DNA of 64,000 nt, taken from contig CM059432.1 in assembly GCA_030390025.1 (NCBI GenBank), forward strand, positions 91,638,001-91,702,000. The letters run 5' to 3'. Made by a program: the position numbers and the translations under genes. The notes under the pieces are model-generated. The model did no database searches. It saw only the letters and a program-made list of their open reading frames with translations, and was not told where the DNA came from. The DNA comes from Squalus acanthias. Its lineage: Eukaryota. Every line of letters begins with the position of its first letter. The stretch's first letter is position 1. Positions 33,456-47,765 of this stretch are shown here, in pieces.

Positions 33456-35308
33456 TACCTCAACCTCTCCCATCCTCTCACTTAAACTACTTGTGGTGCA
33501 TGGTCCTCCAAAGCTGCACACTAACTTCCTCACCGAGATCTCCTCATGAACCCTCTACACCAAGCAACTTCTCAATGTCAGTGATACAACCTATACCCAA
33601 ACTCCCCCAGCCCTCTCACATCTAACTTCTCTGCCTTACTACCTTTACTTAATCTCACCCTTCACATAAACTCTCAGCCACACCCATGGTCATTCCCTTG
33701 ACCTCACCATCACTTACAATCTCTCCACTTCCTCATCTTGCTTATCACCTCCATTGCCTTCCCCCAATCCTGGAAAGAACTCTTCCCCAGTTCCCGCAAT
33801 AATTCACTGTCAAATCCCAACTTCCTGCACCCACAACACATCTGTAAAAAACGTTTAGTCATAGCAAATGGGACTCATTGATGCATGACATATACAGAAG
33901 TTAATGAAGAAATTGGAAGGAATAAATATCGACAAGAGTCCTGGGCCAGATGGGATGCATACATGCTAGAATCCTCAAAGAATTAAAGATGGAAATTAGA
34001 GATGCTTTGCTTAATGTTTTTAGAGCTCCATAAATACGAGATAAGCACTTGAGGATTGATGTGTTGAGGGTTGGAGGATACAAATGTAATTCTAATGAAT
34101 AAGCTACAAACATGACAATTACAGACCAATTAGCCTAGCACAGAAGGAGAAATGCTTTGAGGCATTCCAAATTATGCCATTAATGAAGATTTAAAGAATA
34201 CAAATATCATAGGAAGCAGCCAGCATGAAGTTAGATGTAATAAGACATGCCTTTAAAACTTACTGGGATTCATTGAGGGGGTAATAAACTATTGGACATG
34301 GATAATCCAGTCAATGTACTTTTCAAAACAGGAACGAGCTTGGTTATGATGCTTCCTATGTTTGAATAGCCAGCTGACATTCACTATCATGAATCACACA
34401 TGAAGAATGGCCAATTGAGTAAGGTAATGGATGACTATTAGCACCAACCAGTTGGAGTCAATACTTCAGATTTCTACAGGAAACACCTGAATTTTGCCCA
34501 GTATGAACAATTTTAAGTATGAATGTACTTATTTCTTCTTTTAAACAAAAAACATTTTTATGGTTCTTCCATCTGCACACAGAGTGAAATAACTATTGCT
34601 GGGAATTTCCTCAGGGGTTGCACCAATTGTCCATTAAAAATTCAGTGGAAGATCAGCAGAAACTCTGGCTAAACAATATAAATGGCGCCCAATCGGGAGA
34701 ACCCCCCAAGGAAATTCCTGATGATGTGCTGTAACTTTTGAGTACAGTATTTTTTTGTTTATTTTAAATTGTACATACCTACCAACCAAATGTTAACTGT
34801 GCATCTGATCTCTGGTGATCTAGCGAGGGTTGCATTGGTAAATGTTTGGCAAATCATTGTGGTAAATGAAGATAAGGAGGTTTGCATTTCTCACTGGCCT
34901 AGATAGACTTCAGCCAGATGTTGATCGTCATCATGTTAGAGCTATATGTAGCTTTAATCATCTGCCATTTTCTAGCTGGTTTCTTTTTAAAAATAATATC
35001 AGATTGTGATGAAGATAAAAAAAGAGTGCTTTGATTTGTTGTGAACTACTGTAAAATCTGATATAAGTGTAGATTCACACAGCCCCTGAACCTTTTGTTG
35101 TCCTGCAATAAAGCTGCTGTAGTGAAGTCAAAACTCAAGAGGCAGAACATCAGTACTGCACCGACTTTGTAAAATATATTGACAGTTGGATGGTTGGTAT
35201 TATTGACCTAACAGTTCCAATAATAAATGTTGCAAGTCAAGTAGTGAACCTATAAATAATTAACTTACATTTAACAGTAAGTAGAGAAACACATTGTTTT
35301 CCACTTAC

Positions 35309-35438
35309 CGTTGTCATGAACTCTAATTCGGTAAAGTTCATGTACTCTGCGGCTATCCTATAATCAGTGTGAATTGTTGAATTGAAAATCAATGGATCAT
35401 CTGTACTGAGTGAAAAGTTTGCTTTATCTTTCTTGAAT
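35309..35438 (-). CDS. ADA: Adenosine deaminase internal exon (human exon 10 equivalent), [43 protein letters not shown]
   Basis: 130-bp exon with tttattttacAG acceptor and GTaagt donor; contains the ADA catalytic S-L-x-T-D-D-P motif; phases are consistent with both neighbouring exons. Confidence 0.95.
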
Positions 35439-35875
35439 CTGTAAAATAAATACAATTCAATTAATTAACTTAACAGACTATGAGAATTTTATCTTAAATT
35501 GTTTCAAAGTTAATTTATTCATAAGCTACTACTTTTTGGCTGCATTAGTGTAGAATATTAGCTGGCAACATTTATATTAAAATTTTACCCTCTACAATTC
35601 AGTTCACTCCAGAATAATATAGTTTCTGGTGTGTTGTGCCTTGTGTGATGCTGATCTGTATCCTAACTCCATCCTTGGTTCCATATTCGTTAATACCCTT
35701 GGCTAGCAATAATCTATCGACTTCAGATTTAAAATGATTATTTGAGCTAGCATCTACTGCTTTTTGTGGGAGAGAGTTCCACACTTCTACCACCCTTTGT
35801 GTGAGGAAGTGTTTCCTAACTTCTCTCCTGAATGACCTGGCTCCGATTTTAAGGTTATGTCCCCTTGTCCTAGAT

Positions 35876-38800
35876 GTAAAAAGTCGCATAGGTGGTGAAG
35901 GTCGAGTACTAGAGCCCAGTCTTTAGTTGCTTACACCTTTTATGTTGAATTTGGTCATTGATGGCTGGTGTCATCACCAATAAAAGAAGGAAGCAAGTGC
36001 CCCCTTTTAAAGGGGCACAGCCAATAAACCATTAATTAAACCAAATTTAAATGAAACTTAAATCAAATCAGAATTTTGTTTCTGGGGGTGATGAAGTACT
36101 CCAGTCCCTCCGATGCCCACGGAAGGCCTCAAGTGTACTGGCAGACACTGCATGCTCCATCTCCAGGGACACCCGGGCGTGAACATAACCACAGAAGAGA
36201 GGCAGGCAGTCGGGCCGAACGACCCCCTCGACCGCCCGCTGCCTGGACCCGTTAATGGTCACCTTGGCCAGGCCCAGGAGCAGTCCAACAAGGAGGTCCT
36301 CCGATCTGCCCACTGCCCTCCGCACCGGGTGCCCAAGGATCCGGAGCCTGGGACTGAAGTACAACCAAAATTGGAGAGCAGCCCCTTCACAAATTGGAAG
36401 CGGGGCTGCAACCTCTCACACTGTGTATACACGGAACACCGACTCAGAAACTGCAGGCGGCCCGAGAGGCCGCAAACCTACTTCAAAATCTGTTGCATGG
36501 GACTGCTCCATGCAACACCTCCCACGCCAAGTCCCCAGTAGAAAAGGGGAGGACTCCCACATAGAGAGCCCTCCACTGGGGACCTCTGCCTCCTTCGGAT
36601 GGCAAGCCAAGGAGTGTCCAGACGGCAGACGAGGATGACAAAGTAGAGAGTGTGCAAGAGCAGCCCATACAGGAAACCCCTCCGTGCAGAGTGGAAAGGC
36701 CAGAAGGGATCTCTGAGAGACGGCTCAAGTTGTGAGGCACCGGCTCCTGAGGGAGGTTTCGGGGCCTAGTGCCGATGAGAAATTCTGTCTGAACTGGGGT
36801 CAGCTCGGACGGGATCGTTCCGCATGCTTGAGCTTCCTCGACACACCTAGTGGAGTCAGGGCCAAGTGCCTCTTTTATTGTCTCGATGGCTTTGGCTGCG
36901 GACTGGATGCCGTGCCAGGACATGCGCTGTGCCAGCTCCTCTGGCGACATCCAGCCTGCTCCTCCACCATTCAGTACATCCCTGACTCTGGTCACCTTGC
37001 CAGCCAGGGCCATCCCCTCCATCAACCACCTGAAACCACGGTCATGGAGGTACGGATTCCTGAGCAGCAGCTCCCGGAGGCTAGCTGCCACTCCTGACGG
37101 GGGAGAACTCCAGCCGGAAGCGACCATGTTCCAGATCCTGATCAGTTCCTGGTAAAAGACAGGAAGCTCCTGCAAGGAGGCATGGCTACACTACAATTTT
37201 ATAAACAGGAGCTGCGTGTCATAATTGAGGCCGTGCAGCTGGCGGAAGAAATACATCGCCAGCACACACCATATGGGAGGATCCTGAACGTACAGGTATC
37301 GCTGCAGGGTCTGAAGATGGAAAGTCGCAGCCTGGGTACACACACACACCAGCGCCTGACTGCCCTCCCTAAGCAGGAGACTCAGAACCACAGCAGAGAC
37401 GCAATGCTTCCTTTTGTCCCAGGAGAAGTCAATAAGCTTCTTCTGTATCTTAGCGATAAACTCAGGGGGAGATATCAAAGTGACCAACCGGTACCACAGT
37501 ATAGCGACCACCAGTTGATTTATGACCAGCGCTCGACTCCTGTAGGACAGCACTCGTAAGCAGAGAGGACGACCTCCACGCCGGGCCCTTGCAGAGCCAG
37601 TCCCGTCAATCTCTTCCGCAAAAGGCTCGGGAAAGGCTCCACGCAGATGGCATATAACTGGCCAGACATGGGCCATCCCTGACGCACCCCTCTGCTGAAG
37701 CAAAGGGGCGCCATCAAAGACCCGTTAACCTTAATCAGACACTCCACGCCAGTGTACAGAAGTAGAATCCAGGTGGAAAAATGCGTTCCGAACCCGAATG
37801 CGCGCAGAGTCTCGAAGAGGTACTCGTGATCCATCCTGTCGAACGCCTTCGCCTGATCCAGGGAATGGCAGGCATCTGACAGACCAGCCCTCTGGGAATG
37901 GTGGACCAGGACCAGATGGATATAGTCGTGGATGGTCTGGCCTGGGACCGTGTAGGACTGGTCGGGGTAGATCATGTGGACCAGCATGGTGCCAAGGCGA
38001 GCAGACGTTGCCCTGGCAAAGATCTTGTAATCCATGCTGAGGAGGGCGCCAGTTCTTAAGAAGGCGGAGATCACCCCTCTTGGGCAGCAGGACGATGGCT
38101 GCCCTGTGCCAAGAGAGGGGCATCTCCCCGGTCGCCAAACTTGCCCCCAGGACCCACACATAGTCGCCCCGCCAGGAGATCCCAGAACGCCATGTGAAAC
38201 TCCACGATCAGCCCATCTAGCCCCGGGGACTTGCCCCTCGAGAGTTGGCCAAGGGCGCCGGTCAGCTCCGCCAGGCTTTGCGAAGCATCATGCTGTTCGG
38301 CGCCCTCTGGGCTGACCTTCGGCAGGTCCTCCCACAAAACTCTGAGCATCCTCGCTGGACGGATCCGGAGAGAACAGGACCCCGTAATAGGCCCAAGCCT
38401 TGGCACTGATGCCCTCCGGATCTGAGACCAGGGATCCGTTGCCAGCCAGCAGCCCCAAGAGCTGCTTAAGGACCCTCTGCCTTTTTCCCCAATGAGTAGA
38501 AGACAGGGGAGCCGCGGTCCAAGTTCTGGAGGAACCAGATCCACGACCTCATGTACGCACCTCGGGACCAGAGGAGCTGCAGGTCCTTCAGCGCGTCCCT
38601 CTTCTCTTCGTACACCTTTTGCAGGGCCGGGTTTTCGACGACTAGACCGAGATGGGATTCCAGGTCGAGCACCTCCTTCTCCAACCGCCTAACCTGGGCC
38701 TTCCGCCTTTTGGTCGACCCCCTCACATACTCCTGACAGAAGAGACGGACATGAGCCTTGCCCATGTCCCACCATGGCCTCAAGGAGGGGAAGCCACCTG

Positions 38801-41800
38801 GCTTCCTTCTCCAGTCGGCTCAGAATCAACGGAACGAATCCCGGTACAGCTTGTTCTCCAGCAGCAGGTTGTTAAAATGCCAGTAGTGGATGCGACCCGT
38901 GCGCAGAGCAGAGCGAGCTCCACCCACACCTGGTGGTGATCCAAGCATGGCACCGGCCGCATGGATGCTGCCAGAACGCGGGAGACGTACGCCCGGGAAA
39001 TGTAAAGGCGGTCATTTCTGGACCTTCCTCCTCCAGACTTCACGTGAGTGAAGGTGCTGGAGTTGGGATGGAGATTTTGCCAGACGTCCACCAAGTCGAA
39101 GGACCCGACTAGATCCCTCAACTTCCTCATCGCCACCATGCTGCACCAGAGCGGTCCTTCGCCTCGAGGGTGCAGTTGAAATCCACCCCCCCACCGAGGA
39201 TAATGCATCCGCTGGAGTCGATGGAGCCTAAAAGAGTGGGCACTTCTTCAAAGAAGCGCACTTGCTGCGCACCGGTCCGGGGAGCGTACACGTTCACTAG
39301 GTGGAGCAGCACATCCCCTAGGCCAACAGTGAGATGGAGCAAGCGGCCTGGCACTGGCTCCTTGACCTCAAGATCTTCAGCCGAAAACATGGGGCCAGCA
39401 AGATAGCCACCCCGCAAGAAGTGGTAGCGAGGTGGCTCATGCAGATCTCTCCTTGGCCATTTCAGGAGCCACGTAACCTCGTCTCCCAGAATGGTGTGGG
39501 TTTCCTGCTGGAAGCACACTGCATACTTCCCTTCCTTAAGAACCGAGAAGTTAATAACTCTGCAGCATGTCTCTCTGCTGCCGTTGATGTTAAGGCTGGC
39601 TATGGTTATCTTCATGACAAGAGCATAGTGCAACCTCTACTTAACCCTACTGTGGGGAGCGGAGTCTCTCGTTACCCTCCACTCCCTCTGCAGCCCAGTG
39701 AGGATCGTCTTGAGCTGGCGCAGCTCGTGGTGGCTCACGCCCTTGCCCACACTCAGGCTCTTAGCAGCAGAGCAGACGGACCTGATGAGCAGCGCCAGCT
39801 CCGACCATCTGTCTAGGGCCAGCTGGGCTTTATTGCGATGACCCAGGCAGCCAACCAGAAATTCCTGGAGCTCCTCAAAGGGGATGAGGGGAGACTCGGT
39901 AGGGAACACGAGGACATCCACAACCTCACTGGTGATGGACTCCATATTGTCCCCACTGCCCTCCACCGAGTCGCCGTCCTCGGCCAGCGGCTGACCCGCG
40001 CACCGCACAGGGTGCAGTGAATAGCTCAGCCGCAGCAGCCGGTCCCACCTCTGACACGATCCCACCCACCAGGATCGACGGCAGAGGAATCCTCCCTGGG
40101 CTCCTCTGGGGGGCCTGGGTTGGAGGGCGGTAGCAGTTCAGGGCCTCCCTCTGCCTCAGGCACCGGGCCGTATGGCGAAACCGGGGAAAGAACCATCCCA
40201 AGTTCCCCCAACACACCTGGCACAAAGGTGAGAGAAGTAAAAAGGAGCGGCATCCCTTTACCCGCCGCCACCCACTGACCCAACAGGCAGGGGGTTTCTA
40301 TTAAAATCAATCATCGAGCAACTCCTGGGGGATGTCAGGGTGTGGCTGGGCGAGCTTAGTCACATCGGCCTCGCCGCCCCAGCCTCCAGGATGCCCGACC
40401 CGGCAACGAGTGACGGTGTTATTTTGTGCGGATCCACGACGCCCCCCCCCCCCACCATGGGCAGGGCTTCCTTACCACCCCCAGGAGGCACAGGCGGGAC
40501 AGATGGATCTGTCTCACCCTCCCGAGGGATGCGTGACTCCCGCTGACTGTGCGTGCTGGTGGTGGGGGGGCCACAGGACCCGTGACGGGCGCCATCTCCT
40601 CTTCCACGGAGGGACATGTGTCCTCCTCCGTTTCCAAGGAGCAGCGCCTTTGTCTCTTCCTCCCGCAAGGGGTGCAGAGGGAGGGAGACCGGCTTGTCGG
40701 CAGAGGCCTCCACCTTCAACTTCACATCCTCCTTCTGTTTTTGGCTCCTTATCCTGAGCCCAACTGCAGGATGCAAGTTTTCCGCAGAAGCGGGCATGAT
40801 CGTGGGCTCAGATCACTTGCAGGCACGGGATCGCGAATGAGCCTCAGACGTCGACTGCGCATTTGGTGTTACTGGCGCGGGGACGGCCTTAGTGGTTTTG
40901 TCAGCCTTGGAGGCGGGGCAGTTTTTACATACATGCCCCACCTCCTTGCAGGCGTGGCACCGCACATCGTCCGACGTCCAGAAGGCGCGGTAGGGAGTCC
41001 CCTGGTGGATAATCACAAATCCACCCTCTGGGTCCTCCTCCCTTGCCAGCTGAATGTAAAGTTGGCGCCGGAAGGAGAAGACATGACGGAGGCTGGCCTC
41101 CCTGAAGCTGAGCGGGATCGGCGCTAGCCCCGACCTCACCTCCCCCGGTTGACGTAGGTGGGGGAGGAGGAGCTCACTGGGGATAAAGGGTGGGACAATG
41201 GATAAAACAATTCACTGCGCGGTGGCCTCGAGAGGATCCACCAGCAGGAAGGTTCCGCCTCCCGTGAGCCCCTTATTAAGGGCCAGGAACACCACCCGCT
41301 CAGACCTCAGGAACATTTGAGAGATGGCAAAGGTGGCCAACAACCCCATCCATGCCTCAATGGTCAAGTTGGGGTGAGTGTAGCACTTCATCCCATGTTT
41401 TTTGGTGATCAGGGTGAAAGGTGACAGGGCAGCAGGCGTGGCTGTAGCTGCCATGCCCGCGTATGTCCTTGCTTGCCCGTTCACTGGCGAAGATGGAGTT
41501 TCCATTGCTGTTGCTAAAGGGCTACACTCACCCCAAGTTACAGAGTAATATGACCTTTCCTTAAAACAGAGGGGTTTTAGGGAAAAAAAAGCAAAGAAAA
41601 AATCCACCTCCCCCTGTGATGTCAGGATGGGAGAGGTGCCTTCTCACCTCTGCTTAAAAAGGTAAAGGAAACAATAATAACAACAAAGGGAGAGGTTGCC
41701 TCTCAAGAGTGAGAGGGGGAAGGAAGGAGGGAGGCTGCAGAGGTGGGGTCACCACTCAAAACGGGCCTCGATGGGTGGGTGTGTTGCAGGGGTGCACTTT

Positions 41801-42125
41801 CCAGTTGTTAAATACAAGTCTTTAGGATCTTCCTGGTAGGGGGAGGGGATGTCTTCACTGGGACAGCTGAAACTGCCCAGGCACAGTCCTCCACCAAGTC
41901 TTGTTAATGGGAAAAAGTAAGAAAAAAACTTCACCCAGGCAGCTCCAGCTGTCCCGGGCCAGACAATGGGGGGCAGTGTTTATATGTGTGTGCGGCCTAG
42001 TTGATATTGAAAGAACACACACACCCACACCCCTCACAATCTTTCAGCCTTTATCTTCTTTCCTCCCCCCACCTAGAGGTAATAGTCTTGGAGAAAGTGC
42101 ACCAACACCCACCTTATGTTGATCT
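35876..42125 (-). mobile_element. Decayed near-full-length Tx1-like (L1-clade) LINE; ORF1 ~41505-39637, ORF2 ~39615-36060
   Basis: ORF1 zinc knuckle CHACKEVGHVCKNC; ORF2 KITIASLNING, QETH, NVYAP, DFNC, KSPGLDG, SLDQAKAFDR and GVRQG motifs, with many frameshifts. Confidence 0.82.
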
Positions 42126-42131
42126 TTGGTT

Positions 42132-42650
42132 CATAGAATAGAATCATAGAATGGTTACAGCACAGAAGGAGGCCATTCGGCCCATCGAGCCCGTGCCAGC
42201 TCTCTGCAAGAGCACTTCAGCTAGTCCCACTCCCCCACCCTTTCCCCATAGCCCTGCAATTTTTTTTCCTTCAAGTACTTATCCAATTCCTTTTGAAAGC
42301 CATGATTGAATCGGTCTCCACCACCCTTTCAGGCAGTGCATTCCAGATCCTAACCACTCACTGCATATAAAAGTTTTTCCTCATGTCACCTTTGGTTCTT
42401 CTGCCAATCACCTTAAATCTGTGTCCTCTGGTTCTCGACCCTTTCGCCAACGGGAACAGTTTCTCTCTATCTACTCTGTCTAGACCCCTCATGATTTTGA
42501 ACACCTCTATCAAATCTCCTCTCAGCCTTCTCTGCTCCAAGGAGAACAACCCCAGCTTCTCCAGTCTATCCACGTAACTGAAGTCCCTCATCCCTGGAAC
42601 CATTCTTGTAAATCTTTTCTGCACCCTCTCTAAGGCCGTCACATCCTTCC
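42132..42650 (-). mobile_element. CR1 3' fragment
   Basis: LERVQKRFTRMVPG and RRLRGDLIEVFK; (ATTCT)n-type tail at 42132-42150. Confidence 0.85.
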
Positions 42651-42654
42651 TGGT

Positions 42655-42942
42655 TGTTAGTAGTCTCCCTCCTTCCAAGTAGATGTTATTTTCTTCCAGT
42701 TGTAGAAGTTGTAGTTCTCCCTCAGTAAGCAAACAAATTGCTCCCCTTCTCCCTACTTTTGAGTAGAGCCAGTAGAAAAACTAAAGCCTAGTTGCTTACA
42801 AGCCTTTATTCACAGAGAGACACACATTACATACCATCAGTTGGGCACCAAGATAATCTTGCAACCCTTCCCCAGTCTACTCCCCTATATATGAGAGCAA
42901 GAGAGTCCCCAATTAATTCCCACCACCTGCATATAATTAACA
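42655..42942 (-). repeat. Possible short solo LTR
   Basis: TGTTA...TAACA termini, a TATA-like ATATATAG and an AATAAA on minus; no TSD found. Confidence 0.35.
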
Positions 42943-45900
42943 CGAGGCTCCCCTACCAACGGAAAAAGTTTCTCTCTGTCTACCCCATCAATTCACATAG
43001 AGGAGACATGATTAAAGGGAGCCACTTCACTTGTGGGAAGGAGTGAAAAATCAGAGGCAGAGGCAACCTGTTGCGTATCTCTTCATTGCTATTCTAAGGA
43101 TAGCATTGCAGAGGCTTGGGCACTTTCCCACTTTCAAAATTGGGAAATAAGTGGATAACCTCGCATTTACCCACATTATACTCCATCTGTCAGATTTTTA
43201 CCCACTCACTTAGCTTATCTATATCCCTTTGGAGATTCTTTGTGTCCTCCACACAATTTGCTTTCCCACCTATTTTCGTATCGCCGGGCCGACCTCCGCT
43301 CACAGGACGGTAGTTAAAGGGGAGGTGCAGCTGCGACCCGCGCAGCCATTTTTTTGGGCCTACCTCTAGGTCGGCCCTCCGTGGTGTGCCATGGCGTGGT
43401 CCTGGCCGCCATCGCGCAGCCCGGCACCGTGTCTCCTTGGTGGCCTAGTTGGGGAGCGATAATTAAAGGCAGTGGTGGTCAGGTAGCCCAAAACATTATT
43501 CTTTGCACCAGTCTGGTACCTGCTGAAAGTTTTTGAAACCTCATTGCTGTGCGATGCCCAAACCCTCCACTCTCAGTGATTGGGGCTATAATGGAAGTCG
43601 CGCAGGTCCCCTGGCCCCACAGAACTAAGAAGAAGAATGTTGCAAGCCATCATTGGCCCTTCCCTTTAAGCGAGGGAAGCAGCATCTGATGCCGGTAGCA
43701 CTGCACATTCTTCAGCGCTCTGCCACTACTGCCCCTCTCACACACTTTAGCCCCCTAAGAGAAGTGGTTAGCATTTGATTTACCGTTCCACTTCCCTCTT
43801 GGAGCGCTAAAACTGTAGTTCCCGGGATCAACAAAGGATTATCACCTGGCGATAATTTTCTCAGATTTCAAAAGTTAACGCCCCAAACGGGACGCAACAG
43901 AATTTCTTGCCCTTAAAATCTCTCAGCCTGCTTAGTAGATTGATAATGTGAATAAGCTGGGCTACTAATTTAATATTTCTGTACTTATGGAATGGAGAGA
44001 CAAATACCTTGTTTAGTGTTACAAAGGGACATCAGATTTGTATGTTATTTCTCATGACCATTGTAGAAATAACCTCTGCAAACTCTTAGTCCAGATTTGG
44101 ATTAGCCCTTGGTCTAAGACCCAGTGCAATTCTGAATCACTGACAAGTAACGAGCATCTTTGCCTGAATACCATTTGTCTAAAAGGACCTCTGCTGAATG
44201 TAACTGCTCCTATAATCCTTTAGCTGGCTTTCCAACCCTTGAAATTGTTTTTCACTTATTTACATTGACAATTGCACATTGACCAACTGGAGAAATATTG
44301 GATATTGACAGTATTGCTTCCACTAATGAGATTTGGGCATGTGGAAACCACGAAACTGGGTGTTGCACGATGTCGGCTTGTCCCTGCAGAAATCTCTCCA
44401 GTCACAATTTTTTGATTGGGTTGAGCACCTCCAAAGATTGCATCTTGACCATTGTGTACAAGAGCTTCAATGTAATATGGGTGTGACCATGTAACCTGCG
44501 CCTCAATGGAGATGGGCCAAGAATATTAGGGCCACTATGCGTGAAATTTGTGCAGTTTATGTCTGTCCCATGAGAGTGGATGACAAGGGGATAAGACATC
44601 AGATCAATGTGGGCTGACAAAAGGCTTGAATGAAAAGATATGTTTTGAGAAGGTTTTTAAAGGGTTGTGGAAAGGCAATGAGGTTTAGAAAAGAGATATT
44701 AAAAAGTACAACATAGCCTTTGCTGCCAATGGAGGGACAAAGAGTGGGGGAAGGATACCAAAAGACCAGAATCAGAGAAATGGAGGCCCCAATATTTAAG
44801 GGGAGGCGAGGAGGGTGTGGGTGAGGCCGAAAATGACCAAAGAACCTGGCAAGGCCAATCTTAACGGCAGGGCCTCATTAATGTCTTGTAGCTCTGCCTC
44901 TTGCCCAGCAGCCAGCCAAATGGACAGCCTGGCCAGCGGGCAGGAGGTTAACACCAGCGGCAGGAGGCCGCAGCCGGGGACCCTTGGGAATGATCCCTGG
45001 CAATCGGGAGTGGGGGTGAGGGAGAGGGCTACAATCGGGAGTGATGGGGGAAGGCTGGTGATCTGGGCTGAGGGAGGCCAAAAGCTTCCTTGAAGAATTT
45101 GGGGGAGCACGCCTGCTCCTCCTGGCCCACAAGGAGTGCTGAAACACCTTTGTTACAATGCCAAGTTTCCCGACCCTTGGGATACCCCGTGCAGCAGCAG
45201 TTAAATTCAAATCGGGCTCCCAATTACACTGTAGGAGCCCAATTTATATATGTTCATAAGCGTCCCGCCGCTCCACGATGGGACACTCGGACGCCCCAAT
45301 ATCCACCACTAGCAGTGGCAGCGAGCGAGTGCGCGACTGAATGGGGTTGCGTTCCACGCATTTCACTTTTTAACCCCACCCCCTAACCCTCTCCAGCCCA
45401 GTTAATATCGAGGCTGGAGTGTTTTGGGGTGAAGGGGCATGAAGGAATTTAAAGAGGAGGACATTGATTTTAAATTGAATGTGTTGGGAGGCCAATGTAG
45501 ATCAGCAAGGACAGGGGTGATGGGCGAGTGAGATTTAGCACCAGGCAGGATGTGAGCAGTAGAGTTTAAATACATTAAAATTTATGGCAGCTGGAGGAAG
45601 AAAGACCAGCAAGCAAAGCATTGGAGTAGTTGAGTCCAGAGGTGGCAATGAGGGTTTCAGTAGCAATATGGTTGAGGTAGCAGCAGAGACAGGCAATGTT
45701 ACGTACGTGCAAATAAACAGTCTTTTTGATGGAGAGGACAGGGGATGTGAAACGAAGTTCAGGGTCGAACCGGGTGCTAACCTGTCTGGTTGAGCCTGAG
45801 ACAATGGCTGAAGAATGGTACATAATCAGTGGCAAAGTTTGTGGCAGGGACTGAAGACAATGGCTTTGGTCTTCCTTATGTTGAGCTGGAGGAAATTGTG

Positions 45901-46064
45901 ACTCATCCAATACAAGATGTCAGATAAACTATCTGATAACACAGGCAGTCAAGGAGTCAAGCAAAATGGTGGAGAGGTAAAGCTGGCTGTCATCAGCATG
46001 CATGTGGAACTCGACCCCATGCCTGCAGATGATGTCCTAAGGGTAGCATATAGATAAAGTTTAT

Positions 46065-46864
46065 GGCTTAGAAATTCGGGTGGTTTGCGGCACTCGTTAG
46101 CGCCATGAAATGGCGGCAAAACGCTGGCTGGCACTCTTCCGCCAGCTGATATCGGTGAGAATATTTTAATGAAATGGAGCATGACGTCAATCAGCGTGCA
46201 ACGGCGAGTTGATGGCAGCTGATCCATTTTGGAGTTCTCCGCTTGCATTGCTGCCCGCGCTAATTCACGCCAGTATTTGCTGCTGCTAAAAGGTCTTTCA
46301 GTGGCATTAACGGCCATAGGGAGTCTGGCAGGACTTATGAGGATGGACGCCAGAACTTCAAACGCCTCCTTTGCCAAGGTTCTTCTTTTAAACTTTCATT
46401 TTTTGCCTATCAGTGGTGGGGGGGCGGGGGTTTGTATTTTCTGGCAGCTTTCCTGGAGGCCTACAGTGTTTGTGGGTCAGTAAATCAATGGGTGAACTCC
46501 ATTGCAATGATTGAAGATGATCTGTGATAAAATCTCTTATCTGCATTCATGTCATAAACAAACAAATAAATCAACAAACATCAGATGGCAGCTAATTTTT
46601 TTGGAGCACGTACGGCAACTGTTCAGGTCACTCCTTTCTTCCCCGCTCCCCTACACTGCGAGCGGGAGACCGAGGCAACCTTTGGCCTCCTACTGAGATT
46701 AGCGCTGCAAAGAGCGCGTTGCAGGAGCAAATCACCGCCACACTGATGAGACTAAGCAGGCAGTACCAAAATGCGAGTACAGCCTGTGCTCTCTCGGCCG
46801 GTGGTCATTATCCTTGGTCGCCAATGTTACCGGCAGATTTCCAGCATTCCCCAATTTCTAGGCT
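46065..46864. mobile_element. Non-autonomous Harbinger-like MITE
   Basis: TIRs GGCTTAGAAATT / AATTTCTAGGCT; TSD TAT. Confidence 0.6.
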
Positions 46865-47742
46865 TATATATTTTTCATATTTATAAAATATAACAGTTAC
46901 TTTAAATTTGGTTATGTTTGGTTTTGCCACGTTAAAGGTGGTATTGTAATACAAGTTGTTATTTATTGCTAGCTGCTTTTCCCAAGCTAGTGAAGATATA
47001 CTTTATTGTTTAGTATGCAAAATGTTACTTCAAAGGCATTTTTCTTATGCAAATAGGTTTTGATTCCACAGCAAGTAGAAATTAATTAGCCCTAGCTTTG
47101 TCCAGAAATATATCAAATTAAAGTAAAATGATTAATAACATGCGCCAACAACTGGGTTATCACAGGTGGGGAGTTCAGGAAACCATTGCATTAATTTGAT
47201 AAACTGGGTTTAACTAAGGGAGACTCCTCTGGTTCTCCTGCAGCTCAGTTTTCAATTTCAACAGGTATGAGAAGTACATCCCAGGAATGTTATTCCCAGT
47301 TCACCAGTTCTTCTTGTATCGCTGATTAACAGCTCAACTCAAGGTGGTTCTCGTGGAGCTTCATGAGCCATTACGATTTATCACAATAAGAATTGCAGTA
47401 AAGACTTGTTATTATTAGTTGAGTTAGCGAGCTTTCACGTAATTTGTTATTTTTGTATCCAAACAGGGTGCGTGAGTTAAAAGTTCCTTAAAAATAGTGC
47501 AAGCTGTTGTATTGTCTCTTGCATGGCTTATCTGTTAGTTTTAATAAACTTGTTCCATAGTTTATAGTCTAAACTATGGTTTAATCACCATGATTTGTTG
47601 GCTGCTGTGATCATTGCTTTCTCCATTTACAGTTTTGAACATACATTCATTATGGTGGGAAAGAGAAGTCTGAAGCCATATTTGGCTTTTTGAAGCTTTA
47701 CCATTTATAATTGCAAACAGGAGCTGAAAGATGAATCACCTG

Positions 47743-47765
47743 ATATATATATATATATATATATA
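47743..47765. repeat. (AT)n microsatellite
   Basis: ATATATAT run of about 23 nt. Confidence 0.9.

Noticed and set aside
44050..44560. Old RTE-like LINE remnant
   Set aside because: Only faint peptide resemblance, with many stops; it cannot be supported by eye.
47250..47400. Plus-strand exon after an acceptor-like TTTCAACAG
   Set aside because: All three frames hit stops quickly and no product is recognisable.
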